NCBI GenBank assembly: GCA_038144595.1
Contig: JAYQOB010000004.1
Coordinates: 300,611-364,610 of the forward strand
Direction: 5' to 3'
From: Candidatus Poseidoniales archaeon
GTDB lineage: Archaea > Thermoplasmatota > Poseidoniia > Poseidoniales > Poseidoniaceae
DNA: 64,000 nucleotides
Both the position numbers and the translations under genes were made by a program. The stretch's first letter is position 1. Every line of letters starts with the position of its first letter. Positions 63,313 through 64,000 of the stretch are shown here, one piece after another. The notes beneath the pieces were generated by a model. The model was not told the DNA's origin. It saw only the letters and a list, made by a program, of their open reading frames with translations, and searched no databases.

Positions 63313-63685
63313 CGGGCAGAATCACAAACTTGCCTTTGGCCAGTTTCTTGGACTGGGACAGCAGGGTCTTGAGAAGCGCTGCTCGTCCCTTCATGCCGGG
63401 GTCGGCGATGTGGTTTCGGGCAGCCTCGTAGGTCGCGTCGAGCACCTTGCGGCGAGCGATCAACACGTCCTTTTGATTGGACTGTCGGGCGCTCGCTACG
63501 GTTTCTCGTGCAATCTGCGTAGCTTCTTTTTCTGCTCGCTGTTGTGCTTCGTCTCGCAGGGCGCTGGCTTTGGCTTCGGCGTCGGCCAGCAGTTGCTTGG
63601 CTTCGGCCTTGGCTTCAGCGATCAGCGCCTTTGCGTCTTTTTCTGCAGCAGCAGCGATGTCGTTGGCAAGTGTTTCAAGGGTCAT
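63224..63685 (-). CDS. atpE: A-type ATP synthase subunit E, N-terminal fragment
   Basis: Long Ala/Lys/Glu-rich helix (LANDIAAAAEKDAKALIAEAKAEAKQLLADAEAKA). ATG at 63685. Ends ...GESVDGLGWLRA* in the wrong frame. Confidence 0.8.
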   Translation of the reverse strand: MTLETLANDIAAAAEKDAKALIAEAKAEAKQLLADAEAKASALRDEAQQRAEKEATQIARETVASARQSNQKDVLIARRKVLDATYEAARNHIADPGMKGRAALLKTLLSQSKKLAKGKFVILPVEVDRAAISKEAGDRKVGESVDGLGWLRA

Positions 63686-63744
63686 CGTATCGTCTCCGTC
63701 TTCGTTTTCGATGTGGGCAGAGCCCACCCGTCCACCGTTCGTCC

Positions 63745-63999
63745 TCAGTTGAGGAAGAGCGGGAGTGCGCCGAGAATCACAATGGATTCAGGGAGAGCGG
63801 TGAAAATCAGGCCGTAACCGAACTTGCTACCGTCTTCAGCGATCATGCCGATGGCAGCGCTACCGATGGCAGCTTGGGAGAAGCCAGCACCGATGGCAGC
63901 GAGGCCAAGGGCCAGGCCGACACCAACGTCGCCGGTCATTCCGTCAGTTGCACCGCTGTCCGTGGTTTCTTCCGCAGCAGCGACGCCTTGGGCGACCAA
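63745..63999 (-). CDS. atpK: A-type ATP synthase proteolipid subunit K (c), possibly truncated by the window edge
   Basis: GLALGLAAIGAGFSQAAIGSAAIG...LIFTALPESIVILGAL is a two-helix c-subunit hairpin with the essential Glu in PES. The frame is still open at the window end. Confidence 0.8.
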   Translation of the reverse strand: MVAQGVAAAEETTDSGATDGMTGDVGVGLALGLAAIGAGFSQAAIGSAAIGMIAEDGSKFGYGLIFTALPESIVILGALPLFLN

Positions 64000-64000
64000 G

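Overview
GC-rich, very gene-dense chromosomal segment of an archaeon: about 55 genes, short spacers and many 4-nt ATGA/GTGA stop-start overlaps. Archaeal core markers are Hel308, Orc1/Cdc6, ribosomal protein S6e, aIF2-gamma, Dph2, the A-type ATP synthase operon (K-E-C-F-A-B-D) and SMC-ScpA-ScpB. They sit beside bacterial-type DNA gyrase (gyrB-gyrA), a proteorhodopsin-like type-1 rhodopsin, class II HMG-CoA reductase, a class II (bacterial-type) tRNA nucleotidyltransferase and several large secreted PKD/peptidase proteins. This combination fits a planktonic Marine Group II / Poseidoniales-like archaeon, which is an inference I cannot verify here. I saw no rRNA, tRNA, CRISPR array, transposase or integrase. 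Main observations: (1) the rhodopsin has Thr instead of a carboxylate at the proton-donor position, and a 2-TM coiled-coil gene lies 13 nt upstream in an htr-sop-like layout behind an AT-rich promoter island. (2) An iteron-like array of TAACGC repeats with 11-bp phasing and a 10-bp palindrome lies upstream of a tightly overlapped operon encoding an Orc1/Cdc6-like P-loop protein (Walker A Lys to Arg) with a wHTH domain, a beta-propeller protein and a DUF357 protein. (3) Six conserved genes (gyrB, atpC, atpE, an M61 peptidase, the tRNA nucleotidyltransferase, the P-loop/wHTH gene) each carry a single-nucleotide lesion: five frameshifts and one in-frame TAG. Sequence error is the most likely cause and needs read-level checking. 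(4) An M50/site-2-protease-like membrane protein has lost all catalytic residues and is fused to a large extracellular domain directly after the ATP synthase operon. All product calls come from motif recognition by eye; no database search was possible.
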